DNA of 64,000 nt from assembly GCA_963772365.1 (NCBI GenBank), contig CAVYXA010000001.1, forward strand, positions 192,001 through 256,000, read 5' to 3'. The stretch is from an uncultured Verrucomicrobiae bacterium. Its GTDB lineage: Bacteria; Verrucomicrobiota; Verrucomicrobiia; Chthoniobacterales; UBA10450. Shown here piece by piece: positions 46,888 to 57,783 of this stretch. The first letter of the stretch is position 1. Each line of letters opens with the position of its first letter. A program made the translations under genes and the position numbers. The notes under the pieces are model-generated. The model did no database searches and was not told the DNA's origin. It saw only the letters and a list, made by a program, of their open reading frames with translations.

Positions 46888-49569
46888 GAGGCCGCTGTTC
46901 CTGTGAAAGCTTTCGCGCGTAGTCGAGTGTATCGATTGCGTCCACATTCTTATCGCGCCGGATTGCTTTGATCCGAGGAAACCGCAGGGCTAGCCCGCTC
47001 GCATGACGCGAGCTCGGTTGAATGCTGTCAAAGGCTACCTCCAGTATAATATCCGGTTTCACTTCCCGATAACGACCACGATCGACAAGCGTGTTTTGTT
47101 TAAAATGCTCGGTGAGTTCCGCGATTTCTGCGTCGGTCAATCCGCTATAAGCCTTGCCGATCGGCAGCAGCGCGCCGGTCGTTTCATCTCGCACGGCAAA
47201 CGTGTAATCGCTCAGCACATTGTTCCGTTTGCCATGACCAAGCTCCGCCACCACCACTACGACGTCGAGCGTCGCCAGCTCTTTCTTGAGCTTGAACCAC
47301 GACATGCCACGCCGGCCGGGTAAATAAAAGCTTTCCGGGTCTTTGATCATTAGACCTTCGTTCAAACGGCGCCGAGCCGCCTGAAATATTTGCTCGATCT
47401 CGGCAGCCGAGTGCGCTGGGAAAACTTCTGCGATTTGAAATTGTGCAGGTAATTGCACGGCGCGGAGCAACTCACGCCGTTGTCGCAATGGCATCTTCAG
47501 TAATGACCGGCCATTTAGCCAGAGAAGATCGAATGCGATAAAGGCAACCGGCACATCAGCTGAAGCTGCCGCGAAAAGATCTTCTCCTTCGCTTTTCCGC
47601 CCGAGACGTTTTTGCAAGTCGAAGAACGTAAGCTTTCGGTTTTGTTCAAACGCGACGATTTCACCATCGAGAATTAGATCGACATCGAACGATCGTGCTC
47701 GGCTGGCCAATTCGGGGAATTGATCGGTGATGCGCCGCAAATCGCGCGAAAAAATCTCCGCCCGCTCGGGATTGTGATGAAGCTGGGCACGAATGCCATC
47801 GAACTTGTCTTCAGCGTAGACGATCGATCTATCGGCGAACCGTTCCCAAATCGCTTCGGCGGTCGGTTCCGGACTGGCCAGCATCGACTTGATCGGGCGA
47901 AAGATCGACAATTCCGCGCGGTCTAATTCGTTTCGCGAAGCGAGCGATGCAGTCGCGCCGATGTCTCCCAGAAGCATGTTTGCTTGCTTAACATCATCGA
48001 CTGAGAGCTTGAATGCGTTCGCGATAGCTTCCTCGACCAGACCTTCGCGTAATCCGATTCGCAAGTCGCCGGTCAAAATCTTTACAAGGTATTGACCTTC
48101 TCGCGCGGATAAGATCGACAATTGCTTTTGTAGCAATTCTTTCTTCGCAATCGGACCTCGGGCGTTTTGTAATGAATCGAAGAACTGGCGCGATTGCGCC
48201 AGCGCGAACGGTTTGGGATCTGTGCGGCCATCCAGAGCTTCGAACGCCGTCTTGCCGGCGTCACCGTGGCGATGGGCGATTCGGCGAAACTCCGCATCGC
48301 TCAATTTCCCTGCGGCCATGATCGCGCGGTAAATGATCGATCCACCCACTTGTAATGTTCGCAGATCGCTCTGAGCAAACGCGCGTCCGGTGAAATAGGT
48401 CGCCGCAATCGGAAGCTGCTCCGCATTAAGCGTCCGGAAGTAATCCGAGAGGTACAGATTTTTTCGAGTTTCGCCGCCGTTTGCCCAATGGCTTCGCCCA
48501 CTTCTGCGAACGCGCGGAACTCCGATGGTAGGGCGGTCTCGCCGAGACCGCTGATGTCGGACACACGCTGCGGCGCGCCTGGCGGTCGCACCCTGCCTAG
48601 ACCCAGCTCCATCTGATTTTCCGCGCTCAATGCCCAGGCCTCGATTCCGCGCTCGCGCAAATCACGAGCAAACTCCGCGGCAAACCCATGCAACGTAAGT
48701 ACACGCTTTGGTTGGACCAGATCGACATAGCGTAGCAGATCGACATAATCGGCATGATCAGACAGCGGAAATGCGGCGTCGACCTGATATCGGTATATCG
48801 CATTCGGATCGACAGCCCAGCCGCTAATCACTGCAACGCGCTTGGCCGGGATTTTTTCCAGCATGCGCGAGCCGTTGGCACTTGGCGGACAAATCAAAAC
48901 TTTCCCGGCTACATCGTTAGGCTTGTAGCGCACGTATTTGCAAAATGATTGGCCGAACTCCTCGTAAATTCGCGTCATTTCGTAGACGGACCCATGGAGC
49001 ATGGGCACCAGATCTGCCCCTTCGAGCGCGCACAGAATTTCCTGAGCTTTCCCCAGCGAATAGCCGAGAAGCACCGGCACACCCCCGTCGTCGATGGTCT
49101 CGCGGCAAAAGGCGACCATTTGTTCAATCACCTGCTCGCTTGGCGGAAATTCATACCGAGGTCGACCAAAAGTTGTTTCCATGATTAACGTCTCGGCTTG
49201 CCGCCACTCCGCCGGTTCCGCGGATTTGCCTCGGCGCAATTTGAAATCGCCGGTGTAGAGAAGCGTTCCTTTTTCAGACGAAAGGAAGATTTGCGCCGAA
49301 CCAAAAATGTGACCAGCCGGAAGCAGCATGACATCGATATCGTTCACACGCCGGTTTTCCGAAAACGGCAGCACGTGTTCGATCCGCGCGCCGGGAAGAC
49401 GTGCCTGCATCAACCGGGCAGTTCGTTGCGAAACAATAATCTCGGTGTGCGGCGCGATGTGATCGTTGTGAGCGTGTGAAACGAACGCAAACCGCTTCGG
49501 ATCCCACGGGTCAAGCCACAGATCCTGCGCCGGTAAATAAACACCGCGCTCGTAACAAACATCGATCAC
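46865..49569 (-). CDS. Metallo-beta-lactamase (beta-CASP-like) exonuclease fused to ATP-dependent DNA ligase, frameshift near 48455
   Basis: SHAHNDH, AGHIFGS, YTGDF, SDHAD; the ligase N-domain starts in the MBL frame (EFRAFAEVGEAI..KLEKI) and continues as LSDYFRTL; EDKFDGIR, EGLMIK, LRFPR. Confidence 0.88.
48527..48597. repeat. GTAG-type REP doublet inside coding sequence (nuclease-ligase linker)
   Basis: GGTAGGGCGGTCTCGCCGAGACCGC ... GGCGCGCCTGGCGGTCGCACCCTGCC. Confidence 0.65.
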
Positions 49570-49640
49570 ACCAGAAATTTACCTCGTAACGGGCGGCTCG
49601 CCATTGACACGGCCCGGCCAAGACCTTTTGATTGTTGACC

Positions 49641-50222
49641 GTGAAAAGTTTCGTCGCCGTGGTCGGACTTTCGATCTTAGCCAGCAATCTGGCGGGCGCA
49701 GCCGAACAGCCGCGACTGCTGACTAAGGTCACGCCGCTTCCTGTTGCCTTGGACAAGAACTTCGAATTTCGGAAAACAAAGCTTTATTTTTTGAGTCCGA
49801 AAGCTGAGCGCATCCGCAGCCACTATAATCCCTCGGAGCAGGGACAGGTCGGAGGCGTAACGCCATTTTCGAAGTCAGCCACGGTTCAAGACGCTTCCAT
49901 CACGTTCGAGCGGCAATATCGGCTGTTTGGAGCGGTGACGGAGCTGGATAAAAATCAGCGCTGGGGAAATTACTTCGATTTCTACTGGCGTTGCAAAAAG
50001 CCGGCGGATGTGACTGTGCGGCTCGAGTATCGCCAGGAAAAATTGCATGCGCACGTTCAGGCGCAGGAAATTTCCTATTCAAACGTCCGGGGCACGCACA
50101 AAACCGAGTTCAAAGTCATCGGAGATGATTTTTTGGATGACGGAAGAGTGATCGCGTGGCGTTGTCTGCTTATCGCAAACGGAACGATCGTAGCCGAGAA
50201 TCGTTCGTTCCTGTGGGAATAG
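49641..50222 (+). CDS. Exported hypothetical protein
   Basis: Signal peptide; clean ORF divergent from the ligase gene. Confidence 0.75.
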   Translation: MKSFVAVVGLSILASNLAGAAEQPRLLTKVTPLPVALDKNFEFRKTKLYFLSPKAERIRSHYNPSEQGQVGGVTPFSKSATVQDASITFERQYRLFGAVTELDKNQRWGNYFDFYWRCKKPADVTVRLEYRQEKLHAHVQAQEISYSNVRGTHKTEFKVIGDDFLDDGRVIAWRCLLIANGTIVAENRSFLWE

Positions 50223-50283
50223 TTGCCGGACGGTTGGTTTGACAGTGCGGCTGTCGATCTAGTATCTTTCAAATCGAACAACC

Positions 50284-50800
50284 GTGGAATCATCGATCCA
50301 AGTAGGGGTGAACGGTCCGGCCGTTTGGGTGAAAGTGGAGGGCAAAGGAAGCTTCCTCAATAGCGGGAACTTCAAAGAATTCGCCCGGGAGATGGTGGAT
50401 CGCGGTTTTCGAGAATTCGTGGTGGACCTGGCAAAATGCGTGATGATGGACTCCACCTTCATGGGCACTCTGGCCGGGGTTGCGTTGCGTCTAAAAGAGC
50501 TGGGTCGCGGGCATCTTTATGTGGTTCATTGCGGCGAAAGGAGCCGGGAGCTTCTTTCCGGTCTCGGGCTCGATCAGCTTTTCACTATCCGCAGCAATGG
50601 CGAGATTGCGCCCGAATGTAAATCGCTCGAGCGAAAAGCGACTCCTGAATCGGCCGATGAAAAGAAACAGGATCAGGCGCGCACAATGCTGGAAGCGCAC
50701 GAAGCGCTTTGTGAGGCTGTCGCCGGAAAATATAACCCGCTTCAAAGACGTTCTCGATTACCTGAAAGAAGACCTTCATCACGAGACGGCATCAAGGTAA
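50284..50800 (+). CDS. STAS anti-anti-sigma factor, frameshift near 50725
   Basis: VVDLAKCVMMDSTFMGTL; C-terminus ENITRFKDVLDYL in another frame. Confidence 0.88.
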
Positions 50801-50815
50801 GCTGACCGGTCCATC

Positions 50816-52261
50816 ATGTGGCCGATTCTTCTTTTCGGGCTTCTCATTGCCTCGCTTGCCGGTTGGATTTACACGGCCATCCGTCAATAGCATCGCATCC
50901 GGATGCTGGAACGATCCAATGAAGAGATCCAGGTGGAGGAGACGCTGGTGTTCGATTTTCTGCACGGCTTGGGTGAAGCATTCACCGAAACGATCCGGCC
51001 CCGTGATCTGCACCGGCTCATTGTGGAGGGAGCTACGCGGATTCTCGATGCTCACGGCGCCGCGCTTTACATGGTGGACCGGACAGGCCAAAAACGTTTG
51101 CTTCGGTCTACACTTCCAAAGGCTGCCCGGCACTTATCGATGTTCCTCCGGAAATTTTGCGACAGGCGGCAATCACGCCGGCGGCCTTGGAGAGTTATCT
51201 TCGACTGCGATCGATCGCGGCGGGACGAGGGAATCATCGGACGGGTCTGGCAGAGCGGGCAATCGATCGTGTTGAATGAGTTCTCTCAAGCGCCCGAATT
51301 GGCCAGGCTGCGGGACAGTTCGTTTGGTCCTTCGTCGGCCTTGGTTGCTCCGTTGCTGTATGGCAAACAGAACATGGGCGTTTTGGCAGTCGCGAACGGT
51401 CCGAAAGGCGTCCCATTTTCTCAGGGCGATTTTGTCGTGTTCAAATCAATTGCCGAACAATCCGCTTTCGCTCTTTACAACGCCATCATCTATTCGGAGG
51501 CGAACGAAAAGAAACGCCTCGATCATGATCTCGAGATCGCCCGCGATATTCAGCGTGTTCTCCTGCCAGCAGAACCGCCTGCGGTGAACGGTTTCCAAAT
51601 CAGCGCCTTAAATATTCCCGCCGGGCAGGTGAGTGGAGATTACTTCGATTATATCCAGGTCGATGATGAGCGACTTGGGGTGGCGATTGCCGACGTCTCG
51701 GGCAAAGGCGTCCCCGCCTCGCTCATCATGGCGATTTGCCGCAGCGTATTGCGCAGTGAAGCGACCAGAAATCCGTCACCGGCAGACGTTTTGCAAAGGG
51801 TCAACCGGCAGCTCTATCCCGATATCAAAGAGGACATGTTCATCAGCATGGCATATCTGGTCCTCGATCACGCCCGCAGCAGCGTTACCCTTGCCCGGGC
51901 TGGACACGATGCTCCTTTGCTTTTCAAGCAAGCTTCGCAAATCGTGGAGAAAATCAAGCCGCCCGGAATGGTGGTGGGCATTGACAGCGGTAGCGTCTTC
52001 GATAGGATCACGAACGATTTTAATGTCCCGATCGAGCGCGGGGATTGTCTGCTTCTTTACACAGACGGGGTAACCGAAGCACTCGATTCGGTAGGAGACG
52101 AATTCGGCCCCGAACGCATGATTGAATCGGTCCGTGCCAGCGCCGCCAATGGAGACGACGCCAAGCAGATCATTCGCCGGGTGATTGATGACGTGCGAAA
52201 CTTTGCCGGCTCGGCTCCGCAAAATGATGACATCACCCTCATCGCCATTCGCAAAACATGA
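50816..52261 (+). CDS. Membrane-anchored GAF plus SpoIIE/RsbU PP2C phosphatase (in-frame TAG at 50888; compensating indels about 51100-51220)
   Basis: N-terminal TM segment; GAF motif GIIGRVWQSG; VSGDYFD, ADVSGKG, YTDGVTEA, DDITL. Confidence 0.85.
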
Positions 52262-52862
52262 AAAAGATTCCCGTATCTGAGTCTCACGAACAAAAAATAG
52301 GATCGACATCGAAAACAGCGGACTCCCGTTGTCGATCCTGCCGTGGCCGATCAATCCGAAACGGACGATCCAATCGCTACTTTGCAGGCGGATCTCGATC
52401 GGTTCCGCGACCTGGCAATGCGCAGTCAGGCGGACTTCGAAAATTACAAGAAGCGGGCGAACCGGGAAAAGGAAGAAGCAATCAAGTATGCAAACAGATC
52501 TTTGCTCGAACGGCTTGTCACGATTGTCGATAATTTCGAGCTCGGCCTTTCAGCGGCGCGAGCGGAGGCCGAAGCATTCGCCGATCTATTCCGGAATGAC
52601 GCTGGTCTTGAAACAATTGAACGATTTTCTCGCAGAGAATGGTCTTCAACGCATCGAAGCTGAAGGCCAGAAATTCGATCCGAACCTACACGAGGCGATT
52701 GGGCATGAACCGAGCGAGGAAGTGCCGGAAGGAAGCGTGGTTCGACAAACCCGGCGCGGTTATCGGCTCAAAGATCGTCTCTTGCGCCCCTCCAGCGTAG
52801 TAGTTTCAAGCGAGCCCACCGAAGTAAGACGGGCAGGCCGTTTGCTTGTTCCAGATGGCTAA
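52258..52862 (+). CDS. grpE: GrpE nucleotide exchange factor (frameshifted)
   Basis: RSQADFENYKKR..DNFELG in ORF 52343; GQKFDPNLHEAI..RGYRLKDRLLRPSSVVVS in ORF 52329. Confidence 0.9.
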
Positions 52863-52894
52863 TTCGGCATATAGGTCACACATCAGTCATTCAT

Positions 52895-54035
52895 ATGGAC
52901 AACGACGAAACGCGATTACTACGAGGTTCTGGCAGTCGAGCGCAACGCCAGCAGCGAAGAGATCAAGCGCTCCTACCGTAAATTCGCCGTCAAATATCAT
53001 CCCGACAAAAATCCCGACGATCGCGAAGCCGAGGAGAAATTTAAGGAGCTCGGCGAGGCTTATGATGTGTTCATGGATGCAGACAAACGCGCGGCATACG
53101 ACCGCTTTGGCCATGCCGCTTTCGCGCAAGGCGGCGGATTCGGGCGAGGGTTTCATGACCCATTCGATATTTTTCGTGAAGTGTTTGGCGGCGGAATGGG
53201 TGGAATTGGTGGAGGAATTTTCGAGACGTTTTTCGGCGGCGGCGACCCAAGCGGAGGATCGACAACGGGGTTCGGATTTGCGATACGACATGCAAATCAG
53301 CTTGGAGGAAGCTGCTTTTGGCGCCGAAAAAGAGATCGAGATTCGCAAGCTCGACGCCTGTGAAAAATGCGACGGAAGCGGTGCTGAGCCTGGCTCGCGC
53401 ACGATCAGTTGCCCGACTTGCGGCGGGCGTGGGCAGGTGATCAGCTCGCGTGGATTTTTTCAGATCTCGCAAACTTGTCCTCGTTGCCGTGGAGCTGGAC
53501 GGATTATTGAAAAGCCGTGCCGGAAATGTCATGGCGAAGGTCGGATCGAAAGAACGAGCCGCATTAAGCTGAAAATTCCTGCCGGCATTTCTGAAGGCTC
53601 CCGTTTGCGTTCGTCGCGCAATGGAGAAGCCGGGATTCGCGGTGGTCCTCATGGCGATTTGTACGTGGTGATCCATATCAAGGAGCACAAGGTTTTCCAG
53701 CGCGATGAGGACAATCTCTATTGCGAGGTGCCGATTCCGTTTGCCATCGCCGCGCTTGGCGGCGAAATCGAAGTGCCGACGCTGCACGGCAAAGCCAATT
53801 TGAAAGTGCCCGCAGGCACGCAGAGCGGCCAGATATTCAAATTCGCGGGAAAGGAATCGTCCATGTCAATGGTCGCGAGCACGGCGATTTGCTCGCTCGT
53901 CTGCTTGTGGAAGTTCCGACGCGACTCAATTCCGAGCAGCGATCAAAATTGGAGGAGTTTGCCGGTCTTTGTGGCGACGATAATACTCCGATGCGCAAAA
54001 GTTTCTTCGAACGAGCGAAAGAGTTCTTTCGATAA
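52895..54035 (+). CDS. dnaJ: Chaperone DnaJ (several frameshifts)
   Basis: [18 protein letters not shown]-rich region, four CxxCxGxG repeats, [15 protein letters not shown] across three frames. Confidence 0.93.
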
Positions 54036-54084
54036 CGAAAATTTCTTCCAGCGCATTACGCCTGCGTCATCCGAAATTGATTGT

Positions 54085-54541
54085 ATGAAACACGATGACG
54101 ATGGAAAAATCAGCCGGGAACGCATGGTCGAATTGCTTAATGAAGATCTGGCGCGCGAATATCAGGCCATCATTGCTTACGTAATTTATAGCCAGATCCT
54201 GAAACAGGCCCAATACATGGAAATTGCCAAGGAGCTGGAGAAACATGCCGCCGAAGAATTGTCGCATGCCATCGCCGTCGCGAACCAGATCGACTACTTT
54301 AACGGCACGCCAACTAATAAGCCCAAGGAAATAAAGTTTCGGACAAACCCGAGGAGATGTTGCGCTTTGACTCTGGAGAACGAACGTCAGACATTGATCA
54401 ATTATCGTCAGCGGATTTGCCAAGCCGATGCCATGGGCGAATTTGCGCTCGGTGGAAGTGTTGCGCAAGATCATTGCCCAGGAACAGGAGCATCTGATCG
54501 ATCTCGCCAGCGCTCTGGGCATCGACACGCCCGAAATCTAG
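54085..54541 (+). CDS. Bacterioferritin/ferritin-like protein (frameshifted near 3' end)
   Basis: LLNEDLAREYQAI, EELSHA, ENE, and QEQEH in another frame. Confidence 0.85.
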
Positions 54542-54578
54542 AGGTCGCAACCCTGCCCGCCAGCTCAACCCTGTTCAA

Positions 54579-54684
54579 TGTCATTCTGAACGGAGTGAAG
54601 AATCTCAAATCATTCCGCAAAGCGGTAATTCTGGTCCGAATTAAAACAAATGATCAGAGATGTTTCTCTTCGCTCCACATGACA
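54579..54684. repeat. Palindromic GTCAT...ATGAC intergenic repeat, copy 2
   Basis: TGTCATTCTGAACGGAGTGAAGAATCTC ... GAGATGTTTCTCTTCGCTCCACATGACA. Confidence 0.85.
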
Positions 54685-54702
54685 GCTGGAGTTTATCTCG
54701 GT

Positions 54703-55452
54703 TTAAAACAATTCGTATGATAACACACTCAAACAATAGATCGCTGCGGTTTCGACTCTCAGCACAATCGGACCCAGCGTAATCGGCAGGCAGCCATTGA
54801 CTTCGCGCCAGAGCTAGTTCCGCAGGCGTGAAATCTCCTTCCGGCCCAATCAGCATCAGGGCACGTTTTCGGCCGATCTGCACTTTTCTCTCGTGTAATC
54901 GTCAGGATTTTTTTCAACTGCAATGCGCCCGGCTGAAGAGACCCGATCAGACGAAGATCATGGGCGAGCGCTCTCACCGAAAAACCGCTTTGATTTTTTC
55001 GGTGTATTCACGCGCGGCAGCCAGTTTTGCCCGCATTGTTTGGCTGCTTCGATCGCCACCATTTTCCATTTCGCTTGTTTTTGCGTCCGCTTCCTTCGGA
55101 TCCAGATCGACAATCGTTCGTTCGGAAATGATCGGGAAAATCTCAGCCGCGCCAAGCTCGACCGCTTTCTGCACAATCAACTCCATGTTTTTGCCTTTGG
55201 GAATCGCCTGGGCAAGCGCGATCCGGCATCGCAACGGCGCCGTTTGGGTTTCGTGAAGTTTGCGCAATCTGCACAGCTCCTTTTTCAAGATCGACAATCT
55301 CGGCCGTGATCTCGCGTCCGCATCCATTGAAAACGACGACTCTATCGCCACGTTTCGATCGCAACACGTCGCGCGCATGATGCGCTTCGCTTTCGCTCAA
55401 GAACAGCGCGTCGGGATTCCAGTTTGCCGGGCGAGATGTAAAAGCGATGCAT
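54703..55452 (-). CDS. rsmE: 16S rRNA m3U1498 methyltransferase RsmE (several frameshifts)
   Basis: EAHHARDVLR, QAIPKGKNMELIVQKAVELG, IEAAKQCG, IGPEGDFT, LGPIVLRVETA across frames. Confidence 0.9.
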
Positions 55453-55569
55453 AAAAAATCATAACCATGAATCACCCGGTTTCGCAAAGCTTGGTCTAAA
55501 GTGGTGCCCGCATCCGTTCTTGGAGAAAAATCTCGCTCGTGTGCGATGCCGCGTCGCAAAATGATTGGC

Positions 55570-56821
55570 ATGCCCAGAAAGCTTGATCCCAAACGAACCA
55601 TCGCCGATTTGAAGGAGCTTCGTTCGCTCACCGCCGACGAAAACGGCGCGCAACGAGTGGCGTTTACGGCAACCTGGGCGACAGCGCGCAAATGGCTGCG
55701 CTCAAAATTCGAACAGCTCCCGGGAATCGAGGTTCATAACGACGCCGCCGGAAACCTGTGGGCGACTCTGCCCGGCCGAATTGAAAGAGCGCTGCTCATC
55801 GGCGGTCATATCGATTCGGTCCCGAATGGCGGCTGGCTCGACGGTTGCCTGGATACGCTGGCCGGCTTGGAAGTTTTACGCCGGATCAATTGTCAATACC
55901 AAGGGAAGCCTCCGGTGACCGTGCGAGTGGTTGATTGGACCGATGAAGAAGGGGCGCGTTTCGGGAAGAGCCTGTTCGGTTCGTCGTCGTGCTCGGGCAA
56001 GATTGACATGGACGAAACGCGCAGCCTCAAAGACAAGGAGGGCGTTCGTTTGGTGGACGCGATCCGGGAGCAGGGAATCGATTTCCAGAGAGTAAGAGAT
56101 TCGGCCCACGAATTGAAACACGCGGCGGCCTATTTGGAATTGCACATCGAACAAGGCCCGGTCCTGCTCGATCTCGATCTTCCGCTGGGGACGGTCTTGG
56201 GAACATTCGGCGTCGAGCGTCACGCGATCACTTTTCGCGGGCAAGCGACACATTCCGGTAGCACGCCGATGAATCGCCGGCGTGACGCGTTTCTGGCCGC
56301 GGCCAAAATGAGCCCGGAGATTTACGAAATCGCGAAACGCAGCAACGGCGGTGTTTGCACCATCGGTTCTTGCACGACAAGACCCGGAATCGCTACCAGC
56401 ATAGTTGAGGAATGTCGGACCACGCTCGATCAACGCCATCTCGACGCGAAAGCGCTGGCCAAAATGTTGAGCGAAGCGAAAATCGGCGAGCGAGAAATTC
56501 GCCAAAGAGGGAAATGTCGACGTTAAATGGGAGCGGATTTGGAACATCGAGCCCGTTTTGTTTAATGAAACTTTGATTGGATTTTGCGACGAAGCGATTG
56601 CCGAGACTGGTGCCAAACCCCATCGTCTTCCATCCGGTCCATTGCATGACGCGGCTGAGGTGGCGCGCGCCGGTGTTCCGACGGTGATGATGTTCGTGCA
56701 AAGTCTGCACGGCATCAGCCATAACAAGATCGAGGACACGATGGAAGAGCATCTCGAATTAGCAGTGACGGCTCTCGACAAACTGACAGAGAAGATAATG
56801 AAGTGGATCGCGGCCACCTGA
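55570..56821 (+). CDS. Hydantoinase/carbamoylase-family M20 amidohydrolase, frameshift near 56485
   Basis: GGHIDSVPNGG.LDG, DEEGARFG, ELHIEQGP, SGPLHDA, GISH. Confidence 0.9.
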
Positions 56822-56917
56822 GCTTCGAATTCTAAAGAAGGTAAATTCGTCGCCAATTTGGGCATAGAAAATTTCTGGAGGTAGCGACTGCAGGTTTGAT
56901 AATCTGAAACAACTCCG

Positions 56918-57730
56918 ATGAAGAAACAGTGGAACTGGCCGATCTGGCTGGGATTTCTCGCCATTCTGGCTGGTTTCTTCAGTTATCCGTTCTTCATGCG
57001 CTTCGCCGTGACTCGCGATTTTCCATGGGTCAATGTCTTGCTTCTTCTCGCCGGGCTTGGCCTGCTTTGTATTGGACTTTTTCACGCGTTTGGCCGGCCA
57101 GCAATCTATCGCGGCAAAGTGTTCGGAACTCTATTCGCCGGATTCAGCCTCCTGATTGTCGCGTTCTTTAGCTACATTGCATTTTACGAGTTGCGTCAAT
57201 TGCCCGCCTCGACCGGAGCGCCCCACATTGGACAAAAGGCGCCCGGATTCACCTTGCCCGATCAAGAGGATCGACAAGTTTCATTCTCAGATCTTCTGAC
57301 GGAACCGGTGCCCAGCGATGCGGGTGCCAAGCCAAAAGCAGTTCTCCTGATTTTTTATCGCGGTTTTTGGTGACCGCTATGCAACTCCGAGTTGCGGAGT
57401 TTCCAGCATCGGCTTTCGGATCTTGAATCCCGTAGTGTTCGCGTGGTGGCGATCAGCGTTGACTCACCGGAGATCAACCGTCGCCATCGGAGTAAGATGG
57501 GATACACATTCACTTTTCTTTCGGATCCAAAGGCGAAGGTGATCCGGCGTTACGATCTCCTTCATCGTGGTGCTGGGCCCCATGGCGCCGATATCTCCCG
57601 GCCGGCTGAATTCCTGCTCGATTCCTCTGGAATGATTCGTTGGGTCAATCTGACTGATAACATTGCGGTTCGGGCGCGTCCTGAAGACGTATTGCAGGCG
57701 ATTGATGAGATGCAATTGGCCGCCCGGTAG
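56918..57730 (+). CDS. Membrane-anchored AhpC/TSA peroxiredoxin-like protein with in-frame UGA (probable selenocysteine, UxxC)
   Basis: Three TM segments, GQKAPGFTLPDQ, IFYRGFW-TGA-PLCNSEL, continuing in frame into ORF 57392..57730 (VVAISVD, LSDP). Confidence 0.82.
57383..57401 (+). promoter_or_regulatory. SECIS-like hairpin
   Basis: AACTCCG-AGTTG-CGGAGTT, a 7-bp stem starting 9 nt after the UGA with GU in the loop. Confidence 0.6.
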
Positions 57731-57783
57731 CCTTTGGGGCCGAGATTGACGCCGGTTCGCCGCCTCAATACCTTTGCTCGCGC

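Noticed and set aside
50888..50890. In-frame TAG in the GAF-PP2C gene as possible pyrrolysine or amber readthrough
   Set aside because: Non-catalytic position (RQ*HRIR), one substitution from CAG, inside the error-rich stretch, and no pyl genes seen.
52846..54720. 624-aa ORF that looks like a DnaJ-ferritin fusion
   Set aside because: Artefact of indels: the J-domain and the DnaJ C-terminus (stop at 54035) are in other frames, and the ferritin-like gene has its own ATG at 54085.
1600..56530. Frameshifts in rnd, methyltransferase, ligase, amidohydrolase and others as programmed frameshifting
   Set aside because: No consistent slippery site or stimulatory structure; too many breaks in conserved genes; sequencing error is simpler.
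55876..56964. 362-aa minus-strand ORF and similar long antisense ORFs (2816, 6778, 29990, 42802, 53071)
   Set aside because: Shadow ORFs opposite well-supported genes in GC-rich DNA, with no recognisable motifs.
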